DNA from: Camelus ferus
Taxonomy: Eukaryota
Assembly (NCBI RefSeq): GCF_009834535.1
Contig: NC_045696.1
Coordinates: 24,926,001-24,990,000, forward strand
DNA length: 64,000 bases
Direction: 5' to 3'
Part shown: positions 26,096 to 39,400 of the stretch, one piece after another
Position numbering within the stretch: the first letter of the stretch is position 1
How the letters are laid out: each line of letters starts with the position of its first letter
Notes under the pieces: model-generated
Seen by the model: only the letters and a program-made list of their open reading frames with translations
Told to the model about the DNA's origin: nothing
Databases searched by the model: none
Translations under genes and position numbers: made by a program

Positions 26096-28140
26096 GTATG
26101 ATAATAGTGAAAAGAAAAATATTCACCAAGGAGTCAAAGATAATTGCTAGGTCACTACTGAAAATGATAGTTAACTGCAGGATTCTGCTGTTTGGATATG
26201 GATATAGAAAATATTTTGAATAATTTCTTTTTCTTCAAGAATACTTTGAGGGGTTGAATGTGTTTTTTCTTAAGTATCAGTTAAAATATATTTTGCATTC
26301 TCTCTGATCTTGGGGTTTTGATGTTGTGTGCAGTGAACTGAAACATTGCACTACAAAAAGAAATCTTTATACAGTTGACAGCTTGTAGGTCTCTTGAGGA
26401 GTCTGTTCAGTTAGTGTCATGTCCTGGCTCCCCATAGAATCAGAATTCACACAGAATTGTAGATGTCTGAGAAATTGTATTTAATAAACCAAGAAAGGGA
26501 TCACAAAATTCTTTAAAATAAAAAAGAAAAAAAAGTGGGTTCTGCATAGTGTATGTAAAGACAATAGCCTAGAACTTGACATTTAGTTGACTGTGAGTGA
26601 AGTTTCCTAAAATAGCTCACCTCTATCTATGGAAGGTATAAAAAGTGAAGACTGGAGAACTTGGATCTATTATAAAGGTAGAATGACTAGCAAAATGCTA
26701 TGAATGGGATTAAAATCTTACCAGAAAATAAGGTATTACACAGCTAAACACAGGCATATAATAGGGAGTAGGAGCAATCAAGGAAAATTCTGGTTTTGAG
26801 TTCCCCAAATTCACTTTTATTGGTTACTGATTGTGTGGTATATGGTTGAAAAGGCTTGGTGTAAAAACATAGTTTCTATGTATACAGTCTCCTCTCCAGG
26901 CTGGAGTGATCACATATCTGCTTGCTCCTGCTCCAGCAGAATGAAGAGCAGAAAGTTGTTGCTGACAGTGACACTGATGCCCAGACAGTCTGAATGGTTT
27001 TTGAGCTCTACCTTGATCTACCTTCTGACTTGTTTAGATCATTTGGTCCTTCCTTCCCATGCCTATGCCCTTCCAGTTCTCCTGATTTTTTTTTTTCCTA
27101 GTTAGATATACTTTGTCTCGACTTCCATTTCTGATATAACTTCCTGGTTGTTTTGTCTTTTCTCTAGTCACATCTTGATCTCTGCTCTGAATATTGGTCC
27201 TGACTTTGCTTCATTCTGGTGGTCACAATTTATCTCCAACCTCATGGACTGAATGTCTCCGTATGTAGCTCACTCGTGGCTTTCTCTTCTTTTAAAAGGA
27301 CTACTATGTTCCAAATTTTGTTTTTATCCTACCCATCCAAGTAGGACATAAATAGTTAAGCAGCAGGCATGAATTACATTCTTTCCCTCTAATGGAGTTT
27401 GATCATTGGGAAAGTGACGCAATCAAGCCTTTTTGTAAACATGTTAATGACAAACATCCTGGCAAACAAATTCATGGCATGTGCTGGCAGGGGAGTTCTT
27501 ATCTTGGGAGTGCTTTTGGTAACAATGGCGTAATTTTCGAGAATTGCCAATAGCAAAATAACATGGAATCTATGGATTTCTGGGGCATGATTATCTGAAT
27601 ACAAAGTGTTGAAATTTCATATCAAAAATGGCTCATCCTGAGTAACTGATGTGGCTGCATACGTGATCTGGAGACCACATTTTTGATCTGCTGCATCCTA
27701 ATGTGATAATGCCTGGACAGTTATTTTGGTGGTTTGGACTTCTCTCTGTTTTCTTTGTCTCATGATTAGTGTTTCCTTGAAACCTGAAGTGGATAAGCTC
27801 TGATTCATATGAGAAAATAGACAATCTAATGCTTTTTGCATGATTGCATTCATCCAGTAGTATTTTGATATTATTCATTTATCAGTGCCTACAGTTCTAG
27901 AGCCGAAAATGCTTTTAAAACCTCTATGAGTGAGATATTTTCATCATAACATTTTTGTCATGAGAAAACAAGGAAATCACTGTTGATATTTGAAATAGTT
28001 TATTTGAAACACTTCAGAGTCAGATCATGATTCTTAAAGTTACTTAATACTTAAATTCTGTACGTAAATTATATAATCTCTCTCACAAACGTTCACCCAG
28101 AAAAAATGCTTATGTTAATTAACATAGTTCCTAAAAGGCT

Positions 28141-28175
28141 ACCTTTGTTGGCCTTTTGGCTAAGATCAAGTGTAG
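28141..28175 (+). pseudogene. 3'-truncated U2 snRNA pseudogene fragment
   Basis: GGCCTTTTGGCTAAGATCAAGTGTAG (28150-28175) is identical to U2 nt 11-36 (recalled), followed by A-rich sequence. Confidence 0.9.
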
Positions 28176-28319
28176 AAAAAAGAGGAAAGTTGTAAAAAAA
28201 AAAATAAAAAATAAAAAAATAAATTATTAAAAGCTTTTTATATAAATGTAATTGTACAATGCAACATACAGTAAATATTTAACTATTTCTTAATCCAAAA
28301 GCAAATAAATTGATTGTGA

Positions 28320-28530
28320 TTAATAATTATTGGATAGCTACTAAATACTAAGACCATGCTGAAGTTTTATATGTTAATCAAATCTCTTAAGCTTCATGAT
28401 TTTTCCAAGCAGCAATTCTTACTTATAGCTGGGAAAACAGATTCAGAAATAGTCAGTGTTCCTCATTATATTCAGTAAATGACAGAGATCAAATTTAAAA
28501 TCGGGACTGGCAGATTTAATGGTTGTGCCT
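28320..28530 (-). mobile_element. MIR fragment
   Basis: ctactaaatactaagaccatgct...agtaaatgacagagatcaaatttaaaatcggg. Confidence 0.5.
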
Positions 28531-28900
28531 TTTTTTTCCCCCACAGTGTATTACCTAATGTAGCATTATCATGGAGTTAACTTGGAAAGATCTTGTTTTT
28601 GATTTGATTCTATACCATTAGTAGAAAACTTAATAATAATTTTATAGTAACTAATATTATTGATTTCTAGTTTAAAATTCAAAACAATTGTTTCACTTTT
28701 GGTAGTTTATTTATAGGTGATTCTGTTTATTACTGAACCAAACACTATCAAATTAGTTTCAGCAAAACATTATCATATTAAATTTGTTATTAATTTTAAT
28801 TTATTATGTGGTTATATGTATTGAATTTATTTTATAATTCTATAAGAGCTGTAAGCATAAGCAGTTTGATAGAAGTTAAATTTTTATTTTTTCCTTTTAG

Positions 28901-29010
28901 AAGGGTTGATATATTGAAAATTTTTAGAAACAGAGATGGAAATTCCTTGTGCTTTTGACATTATGTTGGCCAAACCTAAGTGGTTATTTGGAAAGGAACA
29001 GAGTTCTCTG
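28901..29010 (+). pseudogene. Exon relic: (Q)GLIY*KFLETE/(fs)DGNSLCF*HYVGQ
   Basis: Very strong acceptor tttttattttttccttttag. G..xxKFLxTE...NxLxF(W) is the RGS alpha3-alpha4 signature, with TGA at the expected Trp position (28956-28958). 3' end uncertain. Confidence 0.65.
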
Positions 29011-29669
29011 GTAGTTTGGTTCTTATGGTGCTTATTCCTTAATAAAAATCAATAATTTTGTTATTAACATATCTTTCCCAAATTTGAGTATATATTTGTT
29101 GGTGTGAGTTTTCTAGGCTTGATTAACTCTGGGCTCTCACTTGAAAAGCAAAAGTCAGGAAAAGGCAAATAATTCTTCACTTCATATTGCTATTAATAGC
29201 CTATCTTCAATTCTATCTTAAAAGCTATGTAAAAATTAAAAAAGATTATTCTGTGTTCTTAGGTGAAAAATTGAGGCATAGAAAGTTTATCCAGATCAGG
29301 ACATATGTCATATGGTGAAGACTGGCTACAAGTGTGGGGAAAGAAACAGGAGGTGGGAAGGACAAATAGAAGAATGTCTTAAAATTTGGCTTGAAGAGGG
29401 AAATGATATTTATGAAATTAATTCAATGCCTTTCACTGATTAACTCAAACTCCTGCTAATCAGCTACTGATTGTCTTCCACCTGCATTTAATATTTCTTC
29501 TAAGTCTGGTCCTGTATCACCTGAATTTTTTTTTTTTTTTTGATTAGAATGAATTAGTCTGAGAGAAACTACCACAATTCTAAGTCGAGTTACCATTTTA
29601 ATACTAATGCCATGAATACAATAGGCAACTTAATAGTAGTACTTAAAAATTCTTGCATTTTTAATTCTA

Positions 29670-29815
29670 AGTAATACCATAATGTTTCAGAGAGATAGGC
29701 GCTGGGATTTTACAGATGGAGAAGTAGAGGCATTGAGAGACTGTGTAATTTAAGTAGGCAATAGGGCCAAATTCAAACCCTGGCAGTCTGACTCTTGTGT
29801 ATATGTTCTTGGTTG
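29670..29815 (-). mobile_element. MIR fragment
   Basis: attttacagatggagaagtagaggc...aaattcaaaccctggcagtctgactc. Confidence 0.75.
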
Positions 29816-32754
29816 ATTTATAATACAGCCTTTTGATGACCTGGTAAGTGACCTTCACTAGCCCCCAGTTTGGCTTTTTAAAAGACCTCATTAGCAAACA
29901 TTTGTGGATCATTTAGATAATACATGAAATCTATAACGGTTGTTTTTAAGGAGAATTGCTTGTCTGATGCCTGTGTCAGGCCAACTCTTATTCAGCAACT
30001 AAAGCTGTTCTGTGATGCCAAGCATTGAGCAGATAGTGCAAACCCACTAGTACCCTATTTATAGCACAATTCTTAGGGCTGGACCTAAGTATTTTACAGT
30101 CTAACATAATATACTTTTATGCTCAGTGTGTGATGAGATATTTTATGTCTAATATATTCTGAATTAAATTTAACTTACTTTATACTGAAAACATTTCAAA
30201 TAAATTGGATTTTTTTAAAGCTTGCACTTTTAGATTCAGAAGTTTATAATAATATTTTATGAATAAAAATGAAGACTGTTAACTTTCAAGTTGAGTCAAA
30301 AAAAATGGGAATACGTACATGTAGAGGTAACTTTACCCTCAACGTTATCATAAATCTGTTGAATAGAGTTAGCTCTTGACACGATGACATGACCATGTTA
30401 GGCGTTCACTAAATCCACATCCTTATGATTACAAATGGGCTGTGTGTATGAAATTAAATTTGTGTATGGAAATCTAATCATGTATTTTCCTTAGACGCAT
30501 ATTTATTTTGATTTTATGTTTATAATTAATTTTATTGTCATGCTGCTTAAATATAATTACCATATACTGAAACTAATATGAAGGGAGAAGCCCAATCATA
30601 AGTTAGTGACATAATCTCTGGTGGTAAGATATTTTAAAGCATTTTGTCATTATTTATGACAGATATTCAGATCTGTTCAAATATTCCTTACCTGCGAATT
30701 TTCATGGGGGAGGCATTAAGTTAAGCTTATTTCTATCGAATTTCTTATTTGCAGTAGGTAGACAGATGTGTCTTCCTCAGTGGATTGAATAGCAGGGGAT
30801 TCACCCACACTCCTTCTGTTAACGTGATGATATAACAAGAGAGCTTGTAAAATGCAGCATGTGTAGTATCATGATCAGATTCTTGAAAAAGTTATAATGC
30901 CAGTGAAAAACTCAGTGAAACTTAAAAATGTCCTCACGTTTAATATATTTTCCAAATTTGAGTGTTTTTCATTCCTCCATAAGTGTCTCATCACGACTCT
31001 GTTTTCACCACACCAGTAGTTGGCGAACATTTCCTTCTGAGTAAACTCAGTAGTTCCATCTGTAGCCAGTTATTTCTATATCAGCTGCTTGGTTGTTAAG
31101 CTTACTTAGGTGATGTTGAAACAGATTATGTTCCTCATTCCGTTAAACAAGTTAATATATGTAAAACATGTCGACCAGTGCCTGGTGTTCAGTAAGCCGT
31201 GTAGAATGTAATGTATTATTTTTCTTTCATAAATTTAAGCTTGGTCTTTTGGCACATTTTAAGATGAGACTAGGTAGCTTATTTCCTAGACTTAAAATGT
31301 TATACGTATACTAACACATCATTTAAATGTTCCTGTCAAAGTGATAACCATGAATTCCAGATTTCAACAAAGTTGTTTACATACATTTTTAAAACACTGC
31401 TTCCTAGGAAAATCTCATTACAAATTTTTCTCCTTATACTAGAAATAAATAAACTTGCATGGTATCCCTTCATGTAAATTTCACAGGTCATAGTTTTAAA
31501 CTTTAAGTATAGCTACTTATGTTACACAGACAGTACATTTTGTGGGATGATTTGCCTCATGGGCTTGCAAAGTAACTGAAAACTTTGAGTGGTTAATACT
31601 GTTTAGATGTCTCCCTTAAAAAGAATACCTTAAATATCTTTATATAACATTGTCCTTTTTCTGGTAATGATCTTTCCCCAACACAGATGTGATTTGAGGT
31701 GTGTGTGTATGTGTTTGTTGGAACTCTACACATTGTAATATATAGGGATTCTAAAAGACCCATGTAGAGGCTTTGATTATTGATAAATTGATGGAATCCC
31801 TCTAGTCAACAGGAACTATGGCCCAGGCAACTAAGAGAAGAAATGTAGTTTAAATTTTGACAAACCCTCCAAATTGTATGTATAATGGAAAATTACTACT
31901 AAATTTGATGTCAGGAGAAACCACTTCTATTTAATTTTTTTTTTTCTGAAAACAGTCCAGGTTTTTTCAGATTAAATATGTAACCCTCAGAATAGTTTCA
32001 AAAGTCCAGCCCTAATTCACTTTGATTAGTACCTGCTGAAGTCAGTTAAGCCATTGAAACGTGCAAAAAAGTGAAATCTAATATGGCATTTTATTCTCCA
32101 TTCTTGTAGAAAGGTTATTTTTCAGTCACAAGACTTAAGTAAGTTAGGATGCCCTTTTTTGTTGCTAATCTAAGCTGTGCTTTTAAAGTAAACAACTCAT
32201 TTGCCATTCGAGGCCATTTTAAGGCTAGCTGTGCTTCAATAATAAATGATAATAAACAAAAAGTCATTACAGCTAAATTTACCTTTACCTTTTTTTCCCT
32301 AACTACATATCATGTTGTAAGGACTTACAAGATTAAAAAAGGATGGTGTAGACTTTGTTGTTAATGGATAGACTTCTGTAGACCCAGAAGTAGACGGGTT
32401 CTAAAGAACAATATTTAAGGAAAAAGTCATGAAGATATGAGCATACCAAAGTCAGCTCTTCCAGTCTGTAAGGATCCACCACTGGGGATGGTGCTGGCCT
32501 TAAGAAAACATCTCATAAATAGAAACTGAACACTATAAACTGTCATTTAATATGTTGCCAATAAATTAAGAAAACTCCCCAAAGGTCCCCAGGTAAAAGA
32601 CAACCTAAAAGCAATCAATCAAATACAAACAAAATTGTAAACTCTGAAAATGGACAGTTGCTCTGTAAGTGGGTTAAACTGAAGCAAGGGAATAATGTCA
32701 CTGAGGAGAATAGTGCTGAAGTCAGCTCAGTCATTGGGAGTTTAGCCCACAGTT

Positions 32755-32935
32755 TAGAGGGGCCTAGAGTGTGCAACTTCCTACCTGTGTGGTGATGGTC
32801 AAGTTTCTAAACCTCCCTGAGCCTCAGTTGTAAAACTGAGCCAGTGAAGTTCACCTTACTATATTGGTATAAGAAATACATAGAAAGTACTTAGACAAGC
32901 CTTTGGCACACATTTTTTGTTAAATAAATCAAATA
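32755..32935 (+). mobile_element. MIR fragment
   Basis: cttcctacctgtgtg...aacctccctgagcctcagtt-gtaaaa...aaagtacttaga...tggcaca. Confidence 0.7.
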
Positions 32936-35719
32936 ATAGTTTTTTTCTTTTTTTTTTTTTAACTGTAACAGAGTAGAGTTGGACATTGAACATTTTTTTT
33001 TCCACTGTGACCTTTAATAGTGTCCAGCTATCTCTGACAATGGTTAGGGCTGCAGTAATTTAAGTGGTGAATTTTACAGAATCTTTTTGTCTGCAGAGAT
33101 TAACTGCTCTGTATTCGTTTCTCCTTAAGCTTGGGCTCTAGGCAACACTCTTGTCATGGTCTTTTAGCTCTCCCTGTACCCTTTTGCTTCTTTTTAATCT
33201 GTTCACCCTCTGAAAGGGATGAATGTTTAACAGTTCTTCAGTGGCTCCCTCTTGTTACAAGGGCAGAGGCAACTCTGTGGGTCACAGGGACAAGGTACCG
33301 TCTGGCACTGTGCTTCCTGGCCTCGGACCCCCTGTGGTCTTCATTTCCTCTGTCTGAAAATCCTTCCACCTCTCTCTTCGCTCCTTCTGGAGGCCATGTG
33401 TTCTGTGCAACCTCAACAGTTTCAGATCTCTTTCCAAACTATATTTTGAAAGTAATAGTTAAAACTATCTTTCCATGGTGCAAAACGTCTTTTCTGAGAT
33501 GAGACAATTGGTGAGAAATAAAGTGAGGAATTTCAAGTCTTCATAGAGTCCAAATTCCATCTCTTTCCATTCCACTCCACTTAACTTCACTTTTGGCAAG
33601 TTCTTGGTCCTTTTATATCTGATATTTTTATGTTACCTTCTATCACCAGCCCCCAAATTCTGTCAGTGGCTTTAACAGTTTTTATTTCAAGCTTTTATTT
33701 CTGCTTCCGTACACCTGGTTGTAATTTATATTACTCCTTTCCAAGACTAATCCAGAGAACTCTTAGTAATTCCCTCCTTACCTCCCAAACTCCCAACAGT
33801 GATGACCACACCATGCTTCTAGAATAATCTTCCTTGATTTCAGGTCTGATATTGTCTCTTTCCTCTTATAAAAACTTAAAAGTCTACCTGAGATATACAA
33901 AATGAGCCTCTATCAGCAGTTTTAGGCTTATCTGCAACTAGATAGCCCCTCCCTTTTCCTCCTCCCCTCTCATCCTGCTGCACTGAAGGGCAGGGACTGG
34001 ATCCTGTTCACTTTTGTACCAGACCCCACCCACAAATGCACAACCAACCATCCAGCCCCTAGCAAAGCAGCACTTACTGAACATTGCTAATGCTTAACTT
34101 CATGACCACAAAGAGCTGTGACATAGACCTTGTAGCTACGGTCAAGTTCCAAGGAGATGTTGTAATGCTTATTAAAAGATACTCTTCACAGTATTTTAGC
34201 ATGTGGAAAAAGTTTCATGTAGTCTCAACTACCCTGTAAGCTATAAACCACGCTTTTCAAATAAGCAAACTCAGAACTGTTAATAACAAAGGGAAGAAAC
34301 AAAATGTGAATGGAAGCAATTCCCGCATCCTCCGTCTGGGAAAACGTAGGGAACAAAGCACCAGATCAGATGCCATTTTCAAGCAGCAGGTTGAGTCAGA
34401 GTAAATGAATAATTTAAGGAAACTTATTTTGTGGCTTTCATATCTTTAGTAGTGCATTAAGGTCCAGTCACCCTTCATCGCTCCCCCCTGCCTCTCCCGT
34501 TCACCTTCAACAACAATGTTCAACATCAAAGTGATTAGCTGCTGGACATTTCAGCATATTAATAAGACATTCCAATTATCCAAATAAGGAGTAGCATTGC
34601 TCTTAGAAGCTAATGATGTGAGGAAAGCCATGATTAGTTATGTCAGGTTAGAAAATTTTCGTCAGTCTCATGCTGCTTACACAACTCAATTGTTAGAACA
34701 CCACAGTCGTTGAGAAAGAAGACAGCTTTTTACTACTACTTCAGATAGAATTGAAACAAATCTAAATGGCACAAAATAGAGATTTTTAAAAAATGAGCAA
34801 GAGTCAAATCATGAGAAGAAAGGAATTATTTAGCTACTACTTTGTACCATGTGGTAACAGCTTTACGTTCCAAATCTAAAATGGGGTAAGGCATCCAAGA
34901 GTACTTTTCACCAGTTGCCAACACTTCCACCATATGCTCATCATTGGAGCCTTTTCCTATCATTTGAGAATTAGACGGAACTAGCCAATCACACCAAATG
35001 TGATTTCAAGGAAAGTCTTTTAGTTCACCACAATAGAAAAGTGAAAATAATTAGAAGGTAATGAGATGAGTATCAGCAATTTTCAAATTATATTTATTAA
35101 AAAAATAAAGATTTCATGCAACTGTACTTTTAGTAACTTTAAAAAAATGAAAACCTCATATTTTCACTAAAGTACAAAAAATATTGACATGTGTTACATG
35201 GAATGCATAATTGTATTGTGCTAACTGAATTGTTAAAAGTGGGAAATTTATTCCATGTTTTAGCATAATACTTGGCATTCTAACATGGTAGACATGAAAG
35301 AAATCAGTAGTGAAATTCAGAGTGCAGTACTTAATTTCTTACAAATTCTTATACAAAAGTACACATGAATGTTAAGACCCCATATACTGTTACTGAGACA
35401 AAGTTTTTACTGCCCAAAATTGCAAAGAAAAAGGTCTAACTGAAAAAAAAAATGTTCATTTAAGAGTAAGAATAAAAACAAGTACCTTTTTTAAATAAGC
35501 AGCTTGAATTCACCTGCAAGTGACTCAGAATCAGAAACCACATTTTCTAGGATTGACTTGGTCCGACTTCTCCCAGTGACTGACTGGGGCGTCCTCACCT
35601 GTTTGCAGAAGACTTCTGAGCTTGGTTCTGGCAGGCACCGACAGTTACCAGCCTGTTTAATCGACAGTGGAGAATGGGAATTGTGGCAGTTGTATAAATT
35701 GGCTTCTGAGAAATTCTTT

Positions 35720-36220
35720 GAAATTTTCCTCTTGATAAGTAGGGTTTATATTTCCTATTTATAGAAGTCTTGGTGGACTTGGGGCAGCTCAGGAGGAAGA
35801 GACACCATATGTCTTCTTAGGCCAGATCATAAAAGGTCATGCAACGTCCACCTGGTTCTCCTGGAATACTTGCTCTTGGAAAGGTTTGTCTCAGGTGTAC
35901 CTTTCTGGGACACAGCTGTCATGCTGTGGGAAACTTAAGCCCCATGAAAAGGACACATGTAGGTGCACCCGGTGATAATTTCAGTCTTCCAGTGACTCCA
36001 GCTCAGGTGCCAGACAAATGAGTGAACAAGTCTCTAGGCGATTCCAGCTTTTTGGCTCTTCCCAACTGAGGCCCCAGAGTTTGTGGACCTCTAGAGACAA
36101 GCTGCCTTCTTCTCCTGTCCTGGTCACACTTCTGCCCCACAGAACCCTGAACATCATTACATGCTTGGCCTTTTATGCCGCTAAGATTAGGATATTATAC
36201 AATAATTGATAACCAGAAAA
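35720..36220 (+). mobile_element. MLT1 (MaLR; MLT1H-like) LTR
   Basis: ggccagatcataaaaggtcatgc...catgctgtgggaaac...cacatgtaggtg...gccagacaaatgagtgaa...gattccag...gataaccagaa. Confidence 0.75.
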
Positions 36221-36239
36221 AATAATAATTATCAACATA

Positions 36240-36430
36240 ATTCCATATGTTAGTATGTTTATAATTTTATATTTAGTTCATTTAATCTTTACCACAAACC
36301 AAGACAGGTATTTTTAGTCTGCTTATACATGACAACTTGGAGTTCAGAGAGTTTAAGTAATTATCTGAGATGGCTCTACTTTTAAATAGTGGGGTTGAAA
36401 TTGGAAACCAGGTTTTCCCATGTCTGAAGA
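36240..36430 (-). mobile_element. MIR fragment
   Basis: tcatttaatctttaccaca...ttcagagagtttaagtaa...ttggaaaccagg. Confidence 0.65.
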
Positions 36431-39400
36431 CCTTTTTTTTTTCATTATTGATTTTTTTCCCCTATCATGTTTATAAAAACTGAAAAAAGGAGCCATCTTC
36501 TTTAATGGTCATTTTAATGTTTCTCAGCCTTAATATCCTAGACATTGTCAAATGTGATTCAAATGAACAATCCATCATTTTGGTCAAAAGATACTTTCAC
36601 GTAACATTCTGGAAGGAGGGCATGTTGCTGAGTTAATATTTTAATTAGTCTCATATCTGACTCTTAGTAGATGCTTACAACATGCTTGTTGAAAGGGTAA
36701 ATGAGTGAATGAATAAATTAACCAGATTGTGTTAATTTAGGAGCAGAATTCTTGGAGGAACTTTGTAAGAGGTCAATTGATGCCTTCATAGAACAATGCA
36801 ACAATTTTTCATTTTCCTATTTTCTTGTTTTCTGCTCTCTTTATTGTAAGATAAGAGGGGAAGGTTATTCCTTTCATTACTTCACCAGTGAAGTGTTTCT
36901 TGAGTGGACACTTAATAGTCTCTGATAATGCTTTCAACTGGAAGGCATAAAATGGAGATGCAGAATGAATTGGGATTCACCAGACATTTCCACAGGACAA
37001 GCGTGAGATAACTGCATAGCAAGAATAGATGTCTTAGAACTCTCACAAAACTATTACAAAATTTAAAAAAAGCAAGACACAGGAAACATTTTAAATGTTT
37101 TAGATGTTGAAATATTGTATAAGATAAATGATGCCTCTCATTAATATTGTTAAAGTATTGCCATCTTTAAAGAGACAGTATGAGTATGTTGACTGAAGCC
37201 CTTTTTATATTGATGTTTCTCTGTCATACTAAAATTAGATAAATAAGAGTGTAATCCAGTACATCCAGTTCGATACAACATATATTATCATTGCTAAATT
37301 ATTTGCTTAATGATACTTTTAAGTGAAAAGTAGCTTCAGGAAGTCATAGGGGCTAGGTAAGGGTAAGCACTTAACTGATGGGAACCTGACCCATTCATCT
37401 CAGATTCATCATGGCCCAATCTCATATTGATTTTATTTCATAATGGATTAACTCGACATTGTGAGATCTCATCGGGGAAAGTTTTCTGTAAAGATATAGG
37501 CAAAACAATTATTTTTTGAAAAACACTTTTTCTTTAGAGGAAAGATCTTAAAGATGAAATTCTGTTATTGAAATATGGCGTTAACAGATGTTTTCTGAAG
37601 ACCTTTGCTAATTACAAGTACTACTTGCACATATAGTCCATCAAACAAATTATAAAAGTTAACACGTTAATTAGGTAACTATGGAAATTAAAACTGTTTC
37701 AGGTTTCATTTTTTCTCTGAAAAGCACCATGTATATAATGATACACAAAACAGAAACATTCCCTGCCATCATGTTGGTTACAGTCACAGTTGAGGATCAG
37801 ATGTTAATCATTCAAATTGAACTGTGAACAAAGTAGAGCAGGGAGGTGCACACTGCTATGAGAACATTACTAAAATAGGGGTATTTATGAATTATGTGAG
37901 GTCAGAGGATGCTTAACAGGAAAACTCTGTACTGAAACTCTTGCTCCATTTAGCAGGATGCAGGTTAACTCCACCAACCAGAGGGCTTGGAATACTTGAA
38001 TCCAAAGGAGATTGAAAACTGTTTTTCTATCAGTCTAAGCCCTCCCTCCCCTATTCTCATCTCCTCTCTGGGGATCTATCTTTTCTCAAGATGATTTAAA
38101 AAAGAAAATATGAGTGGCCTTTAAGAGAAAAATCTTATACCATATCACCACCATATCCCACTCACTATGGTAGCATATCCCAATTTCAGAAGGGCAAACC
38201 TGTGAAATCACCCTCATCTAATGAAAATACATTTAGGCTCTTAGCAGTCCAGTCCTGGCCAAGCTTTGCCATTAACGGATTCTGTTTTCTCACAGTCTCT
38301 GAGAATGAAGACCAGTGCTATGGGTCTTTTCTGCAGCCCCCTTTCCCTTGGTTCTTTATCTCCTGTAGGTAACTCTGCAAGTGTCTGAGAACAAGGAGCA
38401 AACATCCATAATCCATAGCCACAGTTTATCATGTCTGATCCCATATGGAGAATAGAAACATTACCCCCATGAAGTTGCAATATCTTCAGAACAATAGCTC
38501 AGTTAAAACAATTGCACAGCAATTTGAACTACCTTCAATAGCTAGATTTTCAGACGTAAATACTTGCAATCAGAATATTCTAGTTTCCTCCAAAATAATG
38601 GGTCATATTTGTTTCATTTATTCATAAAGAAATGATTGGTTTATGGACTTCCCATAAAACAGAGGAACACTATTCTTTCCATTGACTTTGGATCTACTTC
38701 ATGCTAAACTGAAATTATGTATGGATTTTAAATAGTTATTTCTTCTCCAGATTTCACTCATGATCCCAAAATTTCAATGCTAAGTTTTAGGCAGGGTACC
38801 CTTTGTCATTTACAAAAGTATAAATTCTTGTTACTGTCTTGATGAGGGGGAGATACAGATGGACATGTTAAAAACTGATCCATGTAGCAATACATTAAGT
38901 AACAAAATAAAATTCTGAACCTTTAGGTTAGAATCTTTGCATATTTGTGGTGGAAGAAATAGGAATCAAGGAAGTTAGGTAAAACATTCATTCTTTCCAT
39001 ATTTTTATATAGAAGCATTGTGGATAGAAAGATGACTAAGACATGTCTTCAAGGGGTTTATAATATAGTTGTTGCATAAGTTGGTATGTTAAAAAAGAAG
39101 TACACACTATTACAGGTGCTCTGAAAGGTGTGTATAGAGTCAAGGTGAGAACACCAAGGAAAGAGCCAGTAATTCTACCTGGGATCAAAGTTTCAGGGTC
39201 GTGATAAAGTGAGGAGATGCTTTGAAATGAAACATGTTTTTTTTAAAAGATAAGTCAATTTTATTAACAGTTTTGTCTTTCAATATTGAAAATGGATATC
39301 AAATGCCTACTTGGTATAGTTTTTCTTAATCCCTCACTGGCTTCCCCCTGCTACTCTTGTAAAGTAACCAACCAGCAGCCCCTCCAACTACCAACATTTC

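Larger units (their letters stand above)
6966..29010 (+). pseudogene. Decayed multi-exon gene encoding tandem RGS-like domains (candidate unitary pseudogene); may extend to ~30900
   Basis: About 12 AG/GT-bounded segments with largely compatible phases. Their translations give RGS motifs in the correct order several times (FW motif, ELN, AQxxIFxxM, PRF(L/I)xS, GxxxxKFLxTE). Many in-frame stops and several frameshifts. Manual reconstruction only. Confidence 0.75.

Noticed and set aside
6966..29010. Naming the fossil gene RGS22 or RGSL1
   Set aside because: Only generic RGS motifs match; the N-terminus and flanking context do not fit my recollection of either locus. No symbol assigned.
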